This document shows, one piece after another, positions 37,801-46,449 of a stretch of 58,711 nucleotides of DNA. The notes under the pieces are model-generated. The model searched no databases, was not told where the DNA came from, and saw nothing but the letters and a program-made list of their open reading frames with translations. Within the stretch, counting starts at the first letter, position 1. Each line of letters starts with the position of its first letter. This DNA comes from a virus (Duplodnaviria; Caudoviricetes): positions 1 to 58,711 of IMG/VR virus record IMGVR_UViG_3300049033_000019; one strand, written 5' to 3'. The translations under genes and the position numbers were made by a program.

Positions 37801-40470
37801 CTTGGCCATCTCCTGGAGCTGAGCCTTGTTGAAGTCACTGACCATCTCCTGAGCTTGTTCACGGCTCGGAGGGTTCTCTTGGCCACTGAGCCTGGCCAGG
37901 GTTTCGGATGGAGTGAGCTTCCGTGCCTCGGCTGAAGCCTCAAGTTCTGGGGCCTGTCCGCCACGGCGAACGTTCATCTTGCCGTTCGGGTTGACCGAGT
38001 CGATCAGCTTCCCGTCGGCGTCGTAGAACTGATACCGCCTCGTGGGGGATCGCTCGATGCGTGCAACCTCACGACCGGAGGCTCCCGGCTTTACTCGGGA
38101 TAATGGACGACTCCCGTCCCGACCGAGAAGGATGGTGTCTCCAACCTGGACAGTTTGCGGACCAATCCGCTCCAGGCGCCCAGGTGCAGCCTCGGGTACG
38201 GCGGCCTTGGCTGCCTTCTTGGCTGGGGCCGGAGCCTCAGGTGCCTGTGCCGCTGCCTCTTCCCGACCTCGAATCGCTGCCTTGATCTTGTCCTTTGTCC
38301 AGCCACCTCGTGCCGTTACACCACGGCGACCGGCCTCAGCGATCAACTCCTGCTTCGTCATCCGGTCCAGGTCATCACCCGGAGCCTCCGGTGCAGCCTT
38401 CTTGGCCGTCTTTTTGCCGGGAGGACCAGCTTTCCGCACCCGCTGTACTGCCTCTTCTACCGCACGCCGGTCTCCTTCCGGCATGTCGGCCAGGATCTGG
38501 TCCCGCACCTCTGGGTTCATCCGGTCCAGGAGGTGAGTGGCAACCCGGTCCTCTGTACTGACCCTTTTTGCCGCCTTCTTCGGAGCCTCTACCGGCACCT
38601 CCCCCCGCTGCCGGCCACGACTGGGCCGGGCACCGAGGATGGCCAGAATCATCTCAGAGCGTGGCTCCTTGGGTCCGAAGCCGAGGTTGTTGCGTTCCCC
38701 CATCTCCCGTAGCTGAGCATTGGTTGGCCGCTTACCGTTGAACAGGCCCTTTATCTCCTGCTCAGGGGTTAGTTCAGCAGGAGGAACCACCGGCGCTGCC
38801 ATCTTCGCCGGAGCCTTCTTGGCCACCGGAGCAGGCGCCTTCGGTGCCTCACCACGTCGCCGTGCCAAGATCTCATCGGCCGTCCCGACAATCCGCTGTT
38901 CCTCTTCGTTACGCTCGTTACCCCGGAACTGCTGGGCCCGAGCAATGACGCGGTTCTCCTGGTCCCGGCTCATGCCAGACTTCTTGGCCGGCGCCTTCAC
39001 TGGTGTCGGAGTCGGAGCCGCCTCTGGAGCCGTTGCCTTCCCGGCCTTGGCTGCCTTCTTGCGCTCGTCCAGCTCCTGCATCTGAGACTTGGCAACCTTT
39101 GGCAGCCCAGCCTCAGTGCGTGGTACCGCCTTACCCGGCGCCTGCTTCGTCTCAGGCTGCTCCAGTCCGTACTCTCGCTTGATCACATCCGAGAGCTGGC
39201 GCAGGTCCTCAGCATCCGGATCCCCAGCGGCGTCTAGATCTGCCGCATCCCGGTCCAACTCCCGGACCGCGTCAATCGGATCTTTCCGTCCGGAGACGAC
39301 GCCTTCGTAAGCCTCGTTGAACCGCCTCCGGTTGGGGCCGGCGGCCGGAGACGGAACACCTGCATCACGGACAGCGCGGCGCAGGTCCACAGAGCGAGTC
39401 GTTGCTGTCGGAGCCTCCGGGGCGCCGGGGGCCGCCGGTTGGCCACCGGGACCTGTCGCCGGACGCGGCTCCCCGCCGATGGACGGGGCATGGATTGGCT
39501 CGGTGCGAGGTTGGACGCCAGCCTGTTGCTGTAGCTGTTCAACGCGCCGCCGTTCTGCTTCCTGCATCGGGGACGGGGTGACTGGGGTTTTGGCCGCCTC
39601 AGCCGCAGCCTCGGCTCGGGCCTGCTCATCAGCAGCCTCCTGCTCATCATCTGGCCGCTTCTCGAACTTCCCCAGTCGTTGGCCCGTTTCGCGGATGCTG
39701 GCTTCCCGCTCCTTCGACGGGCGCCGTCCTTCACCGATGGGTCCAGCGATCGGTTCTGGCGTCTTGTGTCGGCCGGACGAGTCGGCCGTGACGAACATGG
39801 TCCAGCCACCGACACCATCAGGCTCCACTTTGGTCACCCGAAGTGGCTGGTCCCGATCAAGGAAGATGGTGGAGTCTTCCGGACCAGCGGCCGGAACGAC
39901 GACCTTGGTGCCCTTCTTGGCAGCGATGACCATCCGGACACTGCCAGCCGGCTGCGTCCCTTCCACGCCACCGATGGTGGTGAGGCTGTAGCCCCGGTCG
40001 GCGATGAGCTTTCCGGCCATCTCCCGGATCCCAGGGTCGGCATCTGAGCTGGTGCCGGCTGCGGTCTGTGGGGTGTACCCGAAGGAATCCACACCCACGA
40101 CCCGGGTGAGGATTACATCGTCTGGCAACTCGGTGGCCGACCGGTCCATCATCTGCACGAACCGTTGTGTCGACGGCTCGTCTATGACCCCGTCGCGGAG
40201 GTCGGCGTTGGTGGCACCCAGGTCGCTACGGAGGCGGAGGTGGTCAGCTCGACCCATCCGGCCCCGACCCTGACGGGAAGCAATGTTCGTCAGGTACTGA
40301 TTGGACTGTCGCTTGTTCTGGAACATGCGGGGCCGGAAGCTGGCCAAGAAGTCCAAGACTCCCTGGATGAGGCTCTTGGCCATTCCGGCCTTACGGATCC
40401 AGCGACCATCAGGGCCACGAGGGTGGAGTAACTCCTCCTTCGTGCCCCACGAGTCGCCGATCCCGGGCAT
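34801..40470 (-). CDS. Large polyvalent (probably packaged/ejected) protein with ART-like, Rho-N/SAP-like and GrpE-like segments
   Basis: 1889 aa; HPRGPDGRW N-motif; LTRVVG...DRGYSLTT; several short helix-loop-helix repeats; AKKA linkers. Confidence 0.75.
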   Translation of the reverse strand: MPGIGDSWGTKEELLHPRGPDGRWIRKAGMAKSLIQGVLDFLASFRPRMFQNKRQSNQYLTNIASRQGRGRMGRADHLRLRSDLGATNADLRDGVIDEPSTQRFVQMMDRSATELPDDVILTRVVGVDSFGYTPQTAAGTSSDADPGIREMAGKLIADRGYSLTTIGGVEGTQPAGSVRMVIAAKKGTKVVVPAAGPEDSTIFLDRDQPLRVTKVEPDGVGGWTMFVTADSSGRHKTPEPIAGPIGEGRRPSKEREASIRETGQRLGKFEKRPDDEQEAADEQARAEAAAEAAKTPVTPSPMQEAERRRVEQLQQQAGVQPRTEPIHAPSIGGEPRPATGPGGQPAAPGAPEAPTATTRSVDLRRAVRDAGVPSPAAGPNRRRFNEAYEGVVSGRKDPIDAVRELDRDAADLDAAGDPDAEDLRQLSDVIKREYGLEQPETKQAPGKAVPRTEAGLPKVAKSQMQELDERKKAAKAGKATAPEAAPTPTPVKAPAKKSGMSRDQENRVIARAQQFRGNERNEEEQRIVGTADEILARRRGEAPKAPAPVAKKAPAKMAAPVVPPAELTPEQEIKGLFNGKRPTNAQLREMGERNNLGFGPKEPRSEMILAILGARPSRGRQRGEVPVEAPKKAAKRVSTEDRVATHLLDRMNPEVRDQILADMPEGDRRAVEEAVQRVRKAGPPGKKTAKKAAPEAPGDDLDRMTKQELIAEAGRRGVTARGGWTKDKIKAAIRGREEAAAQAPEAPAPAKKAAKAAVPEAAPGRLERIGPQTVQVGDTILLGRDGSRPLSRVKPGASGREVARIERSPTRRYQFYDADGKLIDSVNPNGKMNVRRGGQAPELEASAEARKLTPSETLARLSGQENPPSREQAQEMVSDFNKAQLQEMAKELEIPRRTTLTKPELQREIVEATVGSRRDSIATRGFTEARPEAVPLAPEDSVEVARNRQAKIDRGRKYGRLAAEFDELVANEASAEAISARVRARLGTEGSDAKWADAIVEMLGRGDVDGARSFVDRITAADDVSLQGKAGDVVPFNRRLHKGIAGDIPEGTMVHIVRPGSSTRWRDEDIQLDRATVEVASPKEAAGAERSERGARVVPEGSVKGDRTQTPVSNEPRKREFGDAWDAADLDADGAAGRSLKEIRDDVASGKITPEEGVRRIEGEISFNQEDLNEVDANLRQPDLSPEQRTRLQSDAAKLQSAIDAQKKASKFMRMYLSDEKPTIAEVRVNLDAEGFEALQKATPDDLREAARMQGLDPPKGETKEEMLQDLVRQVAGKVARERGLIPKKAPAKKAAKAAKKAAPTIPTDREKLDVRTIGAGIDFDENDPWVKRTLDEAQKDMDEGKVSPAKIGSELDDRATSRMTTAVYEVGNWHSESSLLTPEERGERKAANAAEYDRVKAEVTKIRELAERLKKTRRRPAKKAATPEVKAAETRADSAEARLINERLDQLSKARSREQGESALDGLTMPELRRVGEQLGGLKGRSKQDLRNKILDRIKPELPSASGEGGLGRAADKLPLARRARNADIPEPGEYFSDVQSAVDRADRRLRSGDSSADVARELRERAAQVAKADLSEEGRRFKVEHDRDSLRSIRKSNAEYLRRVASLIQQEDKKSTPAKKATPSAPEAPATTQAQRAARLKVIEGGGAGGGPSKATRPALKVVQSAKATEAAAPRMSDKPIIENTWGDFGQGEIGFHADGIIGTTLRTMGDDQKLEVDGDALANVVGRLATRAARGQISQEQLIDQLRALGQRLPADSSARRKIDRMVSELDAPAKAPLSLPEETPAPIRQLMEDLSKIPLARGTSRRPNDSGGTFNEMDALQELMTEAMKRPFSNERVKAMRLMESLRTKLYNHRHESMEGKLEIDRAIRKAMDALDRIMREPART

Positions 40471-40568
40471 GGGTTACGGACGCTTCAGGCCGCAGGTAAT
40501 AGGAAAGATCTTGGTACTTTTCTTGCCACCGTACCCTCCGGCTCCATGCATGCCATCGCCGCGACGGA

Positions 40569-43199
40569 TCATTGCTGCACCTCGGATTCAGTAGGGGAGG
40601 TGGCACCGGCCGGGGGAGTAGTTTGCTGGCGATCTGCGCCAGGAACCACTTCCGCCCCTCCGGCCGGCTCCTCGATGATAGAGAAACGGGCATCCATCTG
40701 CATTTGCATCAGGGTCTCCGGGTCTGGTGGCCAAGGCTGGTCAGACATCCCAGCTTCGGGGGCCGGAGCCTGCTCCGGGGTGACCGGGGGAGAGGCCACA
40801 GTGGAACTCGGAGCAGGCTCCGGCGGCTGTGCCGCAGCGGTCAAGGCACTGAACCGCTCCATCCGGGCCCGCTCAGCATAGATCTGCTCGTCCTCCAGCA
40901 GATCCGCCAGACGCTCAGCTCGTTCCTGCTGAGCCTGGTCATCCTGGATGGTGGCGAACACCTGCTCCACGGTCTCCCGGATGAAGCGGCCAAGGTCCAG
41001 GTCGGGAGTAACACCAGTCGGAGGCTCCTGGACCTTGGCCGGCTCCAGGGTACCGGCGGCCACCAGAGCTAGCTGATCCTCGCCATCCATGGCGTAGACC
41101 GGGAAGGCTGGGACGTTGACCGCCAGTGCGGCAGTCAACTCCAGGTTGTCCCCTACTCGGCGCCAGTCCCCAGAAATGGGGGAACGACGCAGCTTGGCCA
41201 CCTTCGCCGGGGTCATCTCGGGGACGACTGCCCCAGCCACCCAGACTCCGAAGTTGCCGTCGCTGGCTCGGATGACGGCGGCCTCGTCTCCGGTGTTGTC
41301 GTAGTGGATGGCGGCGGCGGTGTACCCAAGGCTGATGTCAGCGTGGCGAGTGTCCATGACAATTTTGCCAACTCGGACTGGATCTCCTTCAGCCGTGTAG
41401 ACAGTTCCCAGATGAAATGGCTCATAGCCTTTACGCGACTTAGGGGCAAGGACACATTCTCTTCCGGCGAAGTCACGGTGGCACTCTCCCCAGGCAGCGA
41501 TGTGACCGAACACCTGACCTTCAGGGGTGACGGTCAGGGGGGTTCGACTGGGCAGTTCCGGCTTACTGAACCAGGCCGCTGGCGGCTCCACCGGGTACAT
41601 GGTCATGCTGTACTCCCCATTCTCATCCCGGCGCCGCTTCTTCTTCCGCATGTTTGAACCGTTGGCCGACATCTCGGAATCAGAGATCTCGATGCCGGCC
41701 TTCTTGGCCGCCGCCTTGATCCGACCCTTGATCGCCTCAACCTGCTCGTCCGTGTAATCAGTCTGATTCTTCGGCATGTTGATGTACGACCAAGCGGCCC
41801 GAATGTGGTCCGGCGTGTCGATCGGGTAGCGTTTCCGGTTGTCCCGGTAGCCAGGGTCGGCGTACTTCACGTCCCCGTACGGCTCTGTAGCGGCATAGGT
41901 GTCGGCAGACATCTGGACTCCTGGCTGAGCAGACCGGTCCCAGGGGGCACGGATGGAGGCGTCGTTGAACTCCCGGGCCATCTCCGGGTAGATCTCACTG
42001 ATCACATTGCGCAGGTCAGCCCGGTCGGCTTCGTCGATTCCGGGCAGGCCACCATGGGCACCGGACAGCAGAGCTGCCGCTGCGTAGATAGCGTGGTAGA
42101 TGAGGGTCAGGTCCCCATTGATGACATCTCCTACCGGTAGCCGGTAGGAGGTCGGGTCCGTCGGGGGGAGGTTCGGGTCGTACCACATGAATGCGCGCCG
42201 GAGCTTATCGACGTCAGCACCCTGGGCACCGACGTTGGCCCACGCAGTGATCCGCTTGACCGCGTCGTCATTGTCAAAGACCGCATCACGAGGTGCCAGG
42301 GGTAGCCCCCGCCATCCGGATGAGTTGACCGTGAATGACGCACCCGAAGCCAGAATCGCTGGCGCTGCGTCTGCGCAACCACAGTCATCCCCACCAGATA
42401 CCTCCATCATGTCCGGGTCGTCGTCGGGCCAGTCCCCATCGGCGTCGAACACGTACATACGCATGGCGGAGAAGGCCGGGATGGGGACCAGGGTCGCCCC
42501 ACCGATGGTGAACTCGGACATGTGGGTGGCCCCGGTCTCCGGGTTCAGCATGCCCACGATGCGCCCCCCCGGGTCCACACTGGTCCCGGCGACCCCCATC
42601 TCGGTCAGGTGCCGAGCCTTCTTCACATCCGGGATGATCTCCTCGTCCAGGAAGTCGCCCCAGGCCCACGCATACTCCAGTCCAGTGTGGTCAGGACCGT
42701 AGACAATGCCGAGTTGACGGCCGACGGTGACGGCACCCTCATGCCCGGGGGCGACCCGCTCCCGCCAGTCCAGGGGCAGCGGCAGCATCCGGTGCCGGAG
42801 CGCTCCCGGTTCGAAGACTCGGATACGGCTCGGCTCCTGGGTGGGACGACCGACCGGGGCCAGGGGGCCGGCCCAGGTGTACTGGCCCAGCTTGGGCTGC
42901 TTGTCCATTAGCTCCTGGGCCGCCACCAGGGCGTCCCGATCAGTGATCATCAGCCCGGCACTGAAGGTGATACTTGCTTCCCCCGGGTGCCCCTTGCCTG
43001 GAGGTGCGCCCAAAGCCTTCTGGTGCAGAATGTTGCACAGCCCTTGCGGGTTCTTAGGAAAGTACTTACGTAGGTTGCGTACGCAGCGGTTGAAATCGTG
43101 CGGCACTCCCCAGCGGATCTTGGCGGCACCTTTACCGGTGAGCCAGTAGCGCTGAAGCTGGAGCGGCATCCCCCGTGCTGGGTTGGGATCGACCATCAC
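40569..43199 (-). CDS. Capsid maturation protease / scaffold multidomain protein
   Basis: Between MuF and capsid genes; R.LPLPL, GATLVPIPAF, GHIAAWGECH, SGDWR, AVNVPAFP; YADPGY..KRYPIDT insert. Confidence 0.75.
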   Translation of the reverse strand: MMVDPNPARGMPLQLQRYWLTGKGAAKIRWGVPHDFNRCVRNLRKYFPKNPQGLCNILHQKALGAPPGKGHPGEASITFSAGLMITDRDALVAAQELMDKQPKLGQYTWAGPLAPVGRPTQEPSRIRVFEPGALRHRMLPLPLDWRERVAPGHEGAVTVGRQLGIVYGPDHTGLEYAWAWGDFLDEEIIPDVKKARHLTEMGVAGTSVDPGGRIVGMLNPETGATHMSEFTIGGATLVPIPAFSAMRMYVFDADGDWPDDDPDMMEVSGGDDCGCADAAPAILASGASFTVNSSGWRGLPLAPRDAVFDNDDAVKRITAWANVGAQGADVDKLRRAFMWYDPNLPPTDPTSYRLPVGDVINGDLTLIYHAIYAAAALLSGAHGGLPGIDEADRADLRNVISEIYPEMAREFNDASIRAPWDRSAQPGVQMSADTYAATEPYGDVKYADPGYRDNRKRYPIDTPDHIRAAWSYINMPKNQTDYTDEQVEAIKGRIKAAAKKAGIEISDSEMSANGSNMRKKKRRRDENGEYSMTMYPVEPPAAWFSKPELPSRTPLTVTPEGQVFGHIAAWGECHRDFAGRECVLAPKSRKGYEPFHLGTVYTAEGDPVRVGKIVMDTRHADISLGYTAAAIHYDNTGDEAAVIRASDGNFGVWVAGAVVPEMTPAKVAKLRRSPISGDWRRVGDNLELTAALAVNVPAFPVYAMDGEDQLALVAAGTLEPAKVQEPPTGVTPDLDLGRFIRETVEQVFATIQDDQAQQERAERLADLLEDEQIYAERARMERFSALTAAAQPPEPAPSSTVASPPVTPEQAPAPEAGMSDQPWPPDPETLMQMQMDARFSIIEEPAGGAEVVPGADRQQTTPPAGATSPTESEVQQ

Positions 43200-43924
43200 C
43201 GCCCCCTCTCGTCCATGATCACCAGATCACAGCGACAGTTAATCACCGTCTCGGGTGGTCCCATTGGATCACCCGGGTACTGAATAGGGAAGCCATCCAC
43301 GTAGTACGGCATGAATAGCGCCTGCACCTGTCCGTCTACAGCTCGGTGGGAGGCGCGCACCCGCATGTCGTGCTCTGTGTCCCAGCGCTTCTGCAACACC
43401 CTTCCGGTAACTCGGGACTGCTCAAGTCCGGCGGCAAGGGTACCTGCGCCATAAGCCCGAGTAACTTCTGTCTGGGCGATAACCCGGGCTCGATTTGGCC
43501 ATCTTTCGGACCCGCTATATTCCAGTACTCTGTCCACTCTTTCTGCAACTCGTTCACTGTCGGACCCCTCGTTGACTGCATCGGTTATCTCGGCGAAGAC
43601 GAGGTTGTAAACCTCGTCAGGAATCCGAACCAGGAAGTTCTCGGTCTGGGCTAATTGACTCATCAGGAAGGCGTGCCTGGACACCGGTGGCACGTCCGTA
43701 GCCTCTGACCAGGCGCCCATGGCTATCTGACCGATGGTTGTCATGATCGTTTCGACTTCCTGATCCCAGGCGGCCTGAACTCGGAAAACTGCTGTCGCGT
43801 CTGGCTGCATGCGAAACCGGCGAAATGGCGCCATGACCACGGCCCGAGCTTGCTGAAGCCACCGGGACAACGCTCCACCCACCACACCCGCCAGGTGCCT
43901 TTCGTCTTGCTCACGACTTGGCAT
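43196..43924 (-). CDS. Phage Mu gpF-like minor head protein
   Basis: RARVIAQTE...KRW....D.RVR.SH...PGDP.GPPE.VINCRC. Confidence 0.9.
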   Translation of the reverse strand: MPSREQDERHLAGVVGGALSRWLQQARAVVMAPFRRFRMQPDATAVFRVQAAWDQEVETIMTTIGQIAMGAWSEATDVPPVSRHAFLMSQLAQTENFLVRIPDEVYNLVFAEITDAVNEGSDSERVAERVDRVLEYSGSERWPNRARVIAQTEVTRAYGAGTLAAGLEQSRVTGRVLQKRWDTEHDMRVRASHRAVDGQVQALFMPYYVDGFPIQYPGDPMGPPETVINCRCDLVIMDERGR

Positions 43925-45833
43925 CCATGAGTCCTTGATGAGTCAAATATTGAGCCAGCAAGTTTACGTGGTGTGGTTGTTCCTGTACTAAGAGTGTTGT
44001 GCAGTAGTCCTGGAGAGCGAACTGGAGCTTGGCGGTATCCATCTCCGGGTCCACCGCCTCAGCTAGGACGGAGAGATGGTCCCACGATCCATCCAGCAGT
44101 CGGCCGGCATGATCCGTCCCGCCCACCCGGATCCTGGTGTGTAGTTCATACGGGGGGACATCCGGCCATCGGTCTCGGGAGTGTCGATCCAGCAGCCGCT
44201 TCCCGGCCCTCTCCAGCGCCCGCAGCACGGTGGCGTTGGCCACCACGAACATGTTCATGGAGGTGGGCACGGCAGCCAGCGGGACCACCGCCGACGCCGT
44301 TATCCCAGCCGGGGCCGGCGGTGGACCACTCAGAGCATTCTGAGCTTCGGAGGGACCTACCGGCATCGGCCCACCAGGTGTTTCAGAGATGCCCGTGGGG
44401 GGTGGTGGTGGAGGAGGCGGTCCAGCGCCGGGCTGGCCTGGTTGCTGGACGGTCACCACGGTGTCCGGTGGGAGAATGTCAGGGGTGTACCCAGCGACTT
44501 CGCGGACCTTAGGGATCTGGAACAGGTTGGGGTCCCGCAGCATCAGTTCCCGGGTGAAGTTGCGCAGGTCCTCCTCATCTTCGGGGGCGTCGCTGATCTT
44601 GTAGTTACCGGCCAGCAGCACTGTTTCACGTGAAACAATGCCCTTGTCGTACAGCTCCAGGCTGTCCTTCAGCCGCTCGGGGCGGACCGTTAGCGGAGAA
44701 GTGTCGTACCAGAAGACGTACCGTTCGGCATCTTCCTTGATCGTCTTCAGGGCTGGTTGTAGGTAGGCCGTGGTCAACGCGTCACAGATTCTGGTCATCA
44801 ACGGCACGATGTGCACGTTGATCTGACCCTCCATGATCTGCCAGGCACCCCAGTGATTGGCCTCTCCGGCTCCGGACAAGATGGATGGTTCGATGTCCAT
44901 GGCCAGGGCAAACCTGCGGATGGCCTCCGACCTAAGATCCAGAGCTTGCTTGGACAGCTCGCTGCTGAACTGGATTAGGTCAATTTTCCCCAGAGCTTCC
45001 AGGGGCATTTCCACGAACGTGGGAACGACACCAGCGGCCGTACCCTCACCTTTAAGGGAAGCTGAGCCCGTCTCCAGGAGACGTTGTGTCAATGCCTCGG
45101 CCCCAGAAAGTTCTGGATCTTCATCCGGGAAGGAAACATCCTTAGGAATGGGCAGCAGGCCGGCACTCACCAGCCGGGAGTCGATTTGAGCGAAGACGTA
45201 GCGGGTGAGCCGTTCGATCTCCCAGAGCATGGGGAGGGCGGCATGAGTAGGACTGTCAGCCCAGAGGTTTCGTCTGGGGTGTGGAGTCCATACGCGGATT
45301 ACGAGGTCTTTGCCAGGGTTGAGGTGTTCCTTCGAGCCGTCCGGGTTGAGCTGGATGATGTTGCTACCCCAACGCTTAAGTTCGCTCGTCGACACCACAT
45401 ACCACTCGTCCGACTCCGGATCGTCGGTACTGCGGCCGACTATGAAGCAGTCACCCGCAATAGTGAGGTTGATCCCCAGCATGCGAAGGGCTTCAGCCTT
45501 AGCTGGAGGTCCGCCGAACAGGGTGTCCGCGAGGCCAGCGACCTTCTTCTTCGTTACCTCTTTCTGGACACGCCCGTTGTCGTCCACCTCGGCGACATAG
45601 ATACGGACGCGCGAGCAGGCAGATCCGATCCAGTTGGAGACGAAACGTAGCTCCCCGACAATGTCGTAGAGACGCCAGGCCTCGGTTTGCCAGGTGTCAT
45701 CCCCGAACTTGTACGTACGCCAGCCGAGCCCATCCATCTTGATCCGGGCGGCTGAGGCGACCAGGCTCCGCGATGTTTCACGTGAAACATCAGAGATCAA
45801 CTCCGGAGTCTTGGCTCGTCTACTGAGGCGCAC
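43911..45833 (-). CDS. Portal protein
   Basis: WQ.EAW..YD.VGEL.F, R.W.PHP...ADSP, SRL..AG.L.IP, NHW.AW motifs; follows terminase. Confidence 0.9.
   Translation of the reverse strand: MRLSRRAKTPELISDVSRETSRSLVASAARIKMDGLGWRTYKFGDDTWQTEAWRLYDIVGELRFVSNWIGSACSRVRIYVAEVDDNGRVQKEVTKKKVAGLADTLFGGPPAKAEALRMLGINLTIAGDCFIVGRSTDDPESDEWYVVSTSELKRWGSNIIQLNPDGSKEHLNPGKDLVIRVWTPHPRRNLWADSPTHAALPMLWEIERLTRYVFAQIDSRLVSAGLLPIPKDVSFPDEDPELSGAEALTQRLLETGSASLKGEGTAAGVVPTFVEMPLEALGKIDLIQFSSELSKQALDLRSEAIRRFALAMDIEPSILSGAGEANHWGAWQIMEGQINVHIVPLMTRICDALTTAYLQPALKTIKEDAERYVFWYDTSPLTVRPERLKDSLELYDKGIVSRETVLLAGNYKISDAPEDEEDLRNFTRELMLRDPNLFQIPKVREVAGYTPDILPPDTVVTVQQPGQPGAGPPPPPPPPTGISETPGGPMPVGPSEAQNALSGPPPAPAGITASAVVPLAAVPTSMNMFVVANATVLRALERAGKRLLDRHSRDRWPDVPPYELHTRIRVGGTDHAGRLLDGSWDHLSVLAEAVDPEMDTAKLQFALQDYCTTLLVQEQPHHVNLLAQYLTHQGLMDAKS
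44622..44637. promoter_or_regulatory. parS: parS site (perfect consensus) inside the portal gene
   Basis: TGTTTCACGTGAAACA. Confidence 0.8.
45774..45789. promoter_or_regulatory. parS: parS site (perfect consensus) inside the portal gene
   Basis: TGTTTCACGTGAAACA; the palindrome extends to 20 bp (45772-45791). Confidence 0.8.
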
Positions 45834-45835
45834 TG

Positions 45836-46150
45836 TTACCCCTTGTCAAGGAGGAGGCCGGTAATCATGGACGCGGCCGGGATTGAGAGGGGAGCAATGA
45901 CCCAGATGGAGGGCCACAGGGCGGCGACAGGCATGATCAGTATGCCGATCCAGATACTCATGCACCAGGGGCACGTGATCAGATAACTTTGCCAGGAGGT
46001 ATCGCCCCATTTTTGGAGCGTCCAACGGCGAAATCCGATAAACAGTTGATCATCAACTACCAGTCGTGTCAGGCGGGCAACAGCTAAAGTCGCCACAATC
46101 AACGACACGACCAACATCATGCGCATAGCGTAAAGGTCAAAGTACGTCAA
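45836..46150 (-). CDS. DUF1360-like membrane protein
   Basis: LAVARLTRLVVDD...LITCPWCMSIW; true start may be slightly downstream. Confidence 0.8.
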   Translation of the reverse strand: MTYFDLYAMRMMLVVSLIVATLAVARLTRLVVDDQLFIGFRRWTLQKWGDTSWQSYLITCPWCMSIWIGILIMPVAALWPSIWVIAPLSIPAASMITGLLLDKG

Positions 46151-46177
46151 GAGCTACGGGCGCCACGAATCGGATGT

Positions 46178-46207
46178 TTGCCCCAGGCATCCCTGTCGAG
46201 GTAGGGT
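46178..46207 (+). promoter_or_regulatory. Promoter driving array B, antisense to the late operon
   Basis: TTGCCC-18 nt-TAGGGT; predicted start falls at the first array anchor (~46212). Confidence 0.6.
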
Positions 46208-46211
46208 ACGG

Positions 46212-46449
46212 AGACAGGTCTACCCGTCCCGTGTCGTCTCGACTTGTCTGGCCGAGCCCGATCCAAAACTGCCCCATCCGACTATCCCCTTCTGCGCGTC
46301 ACGACCCGAAACGACTGGTCAGTACGGACCACCCCTCTATCGTCGACTCATCTCGCCAGGACAGTTCAGAGCCGTTCGCCACTTTCCGTCTCGACTTGTC
46401 AGTTCCCCTCATTTCCTCTCCGCTTCATCTCCTATCTACATCAATCGAT
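46212..46449 (+). repeat. Pentamer-register array B (6 units)
   Basis: Anchors at 46212, 46240, 46279, 46312, 46344, 46392 (28, 39, 33, 32, 48); CGAC TCA TCTCG CCAGG ACAGT TCAGA GCCGT TCGCC ACTTT CCGTC (8/8). Confidence 0.85.

Noticed and set aside
32691-39991. Long plus-strand ORFs opposite the capsid and 1889-aa genes
   Set aside because: Antisense shadow ORFs typical of high-GC coding DNA; no RBS or recognisable motifs.
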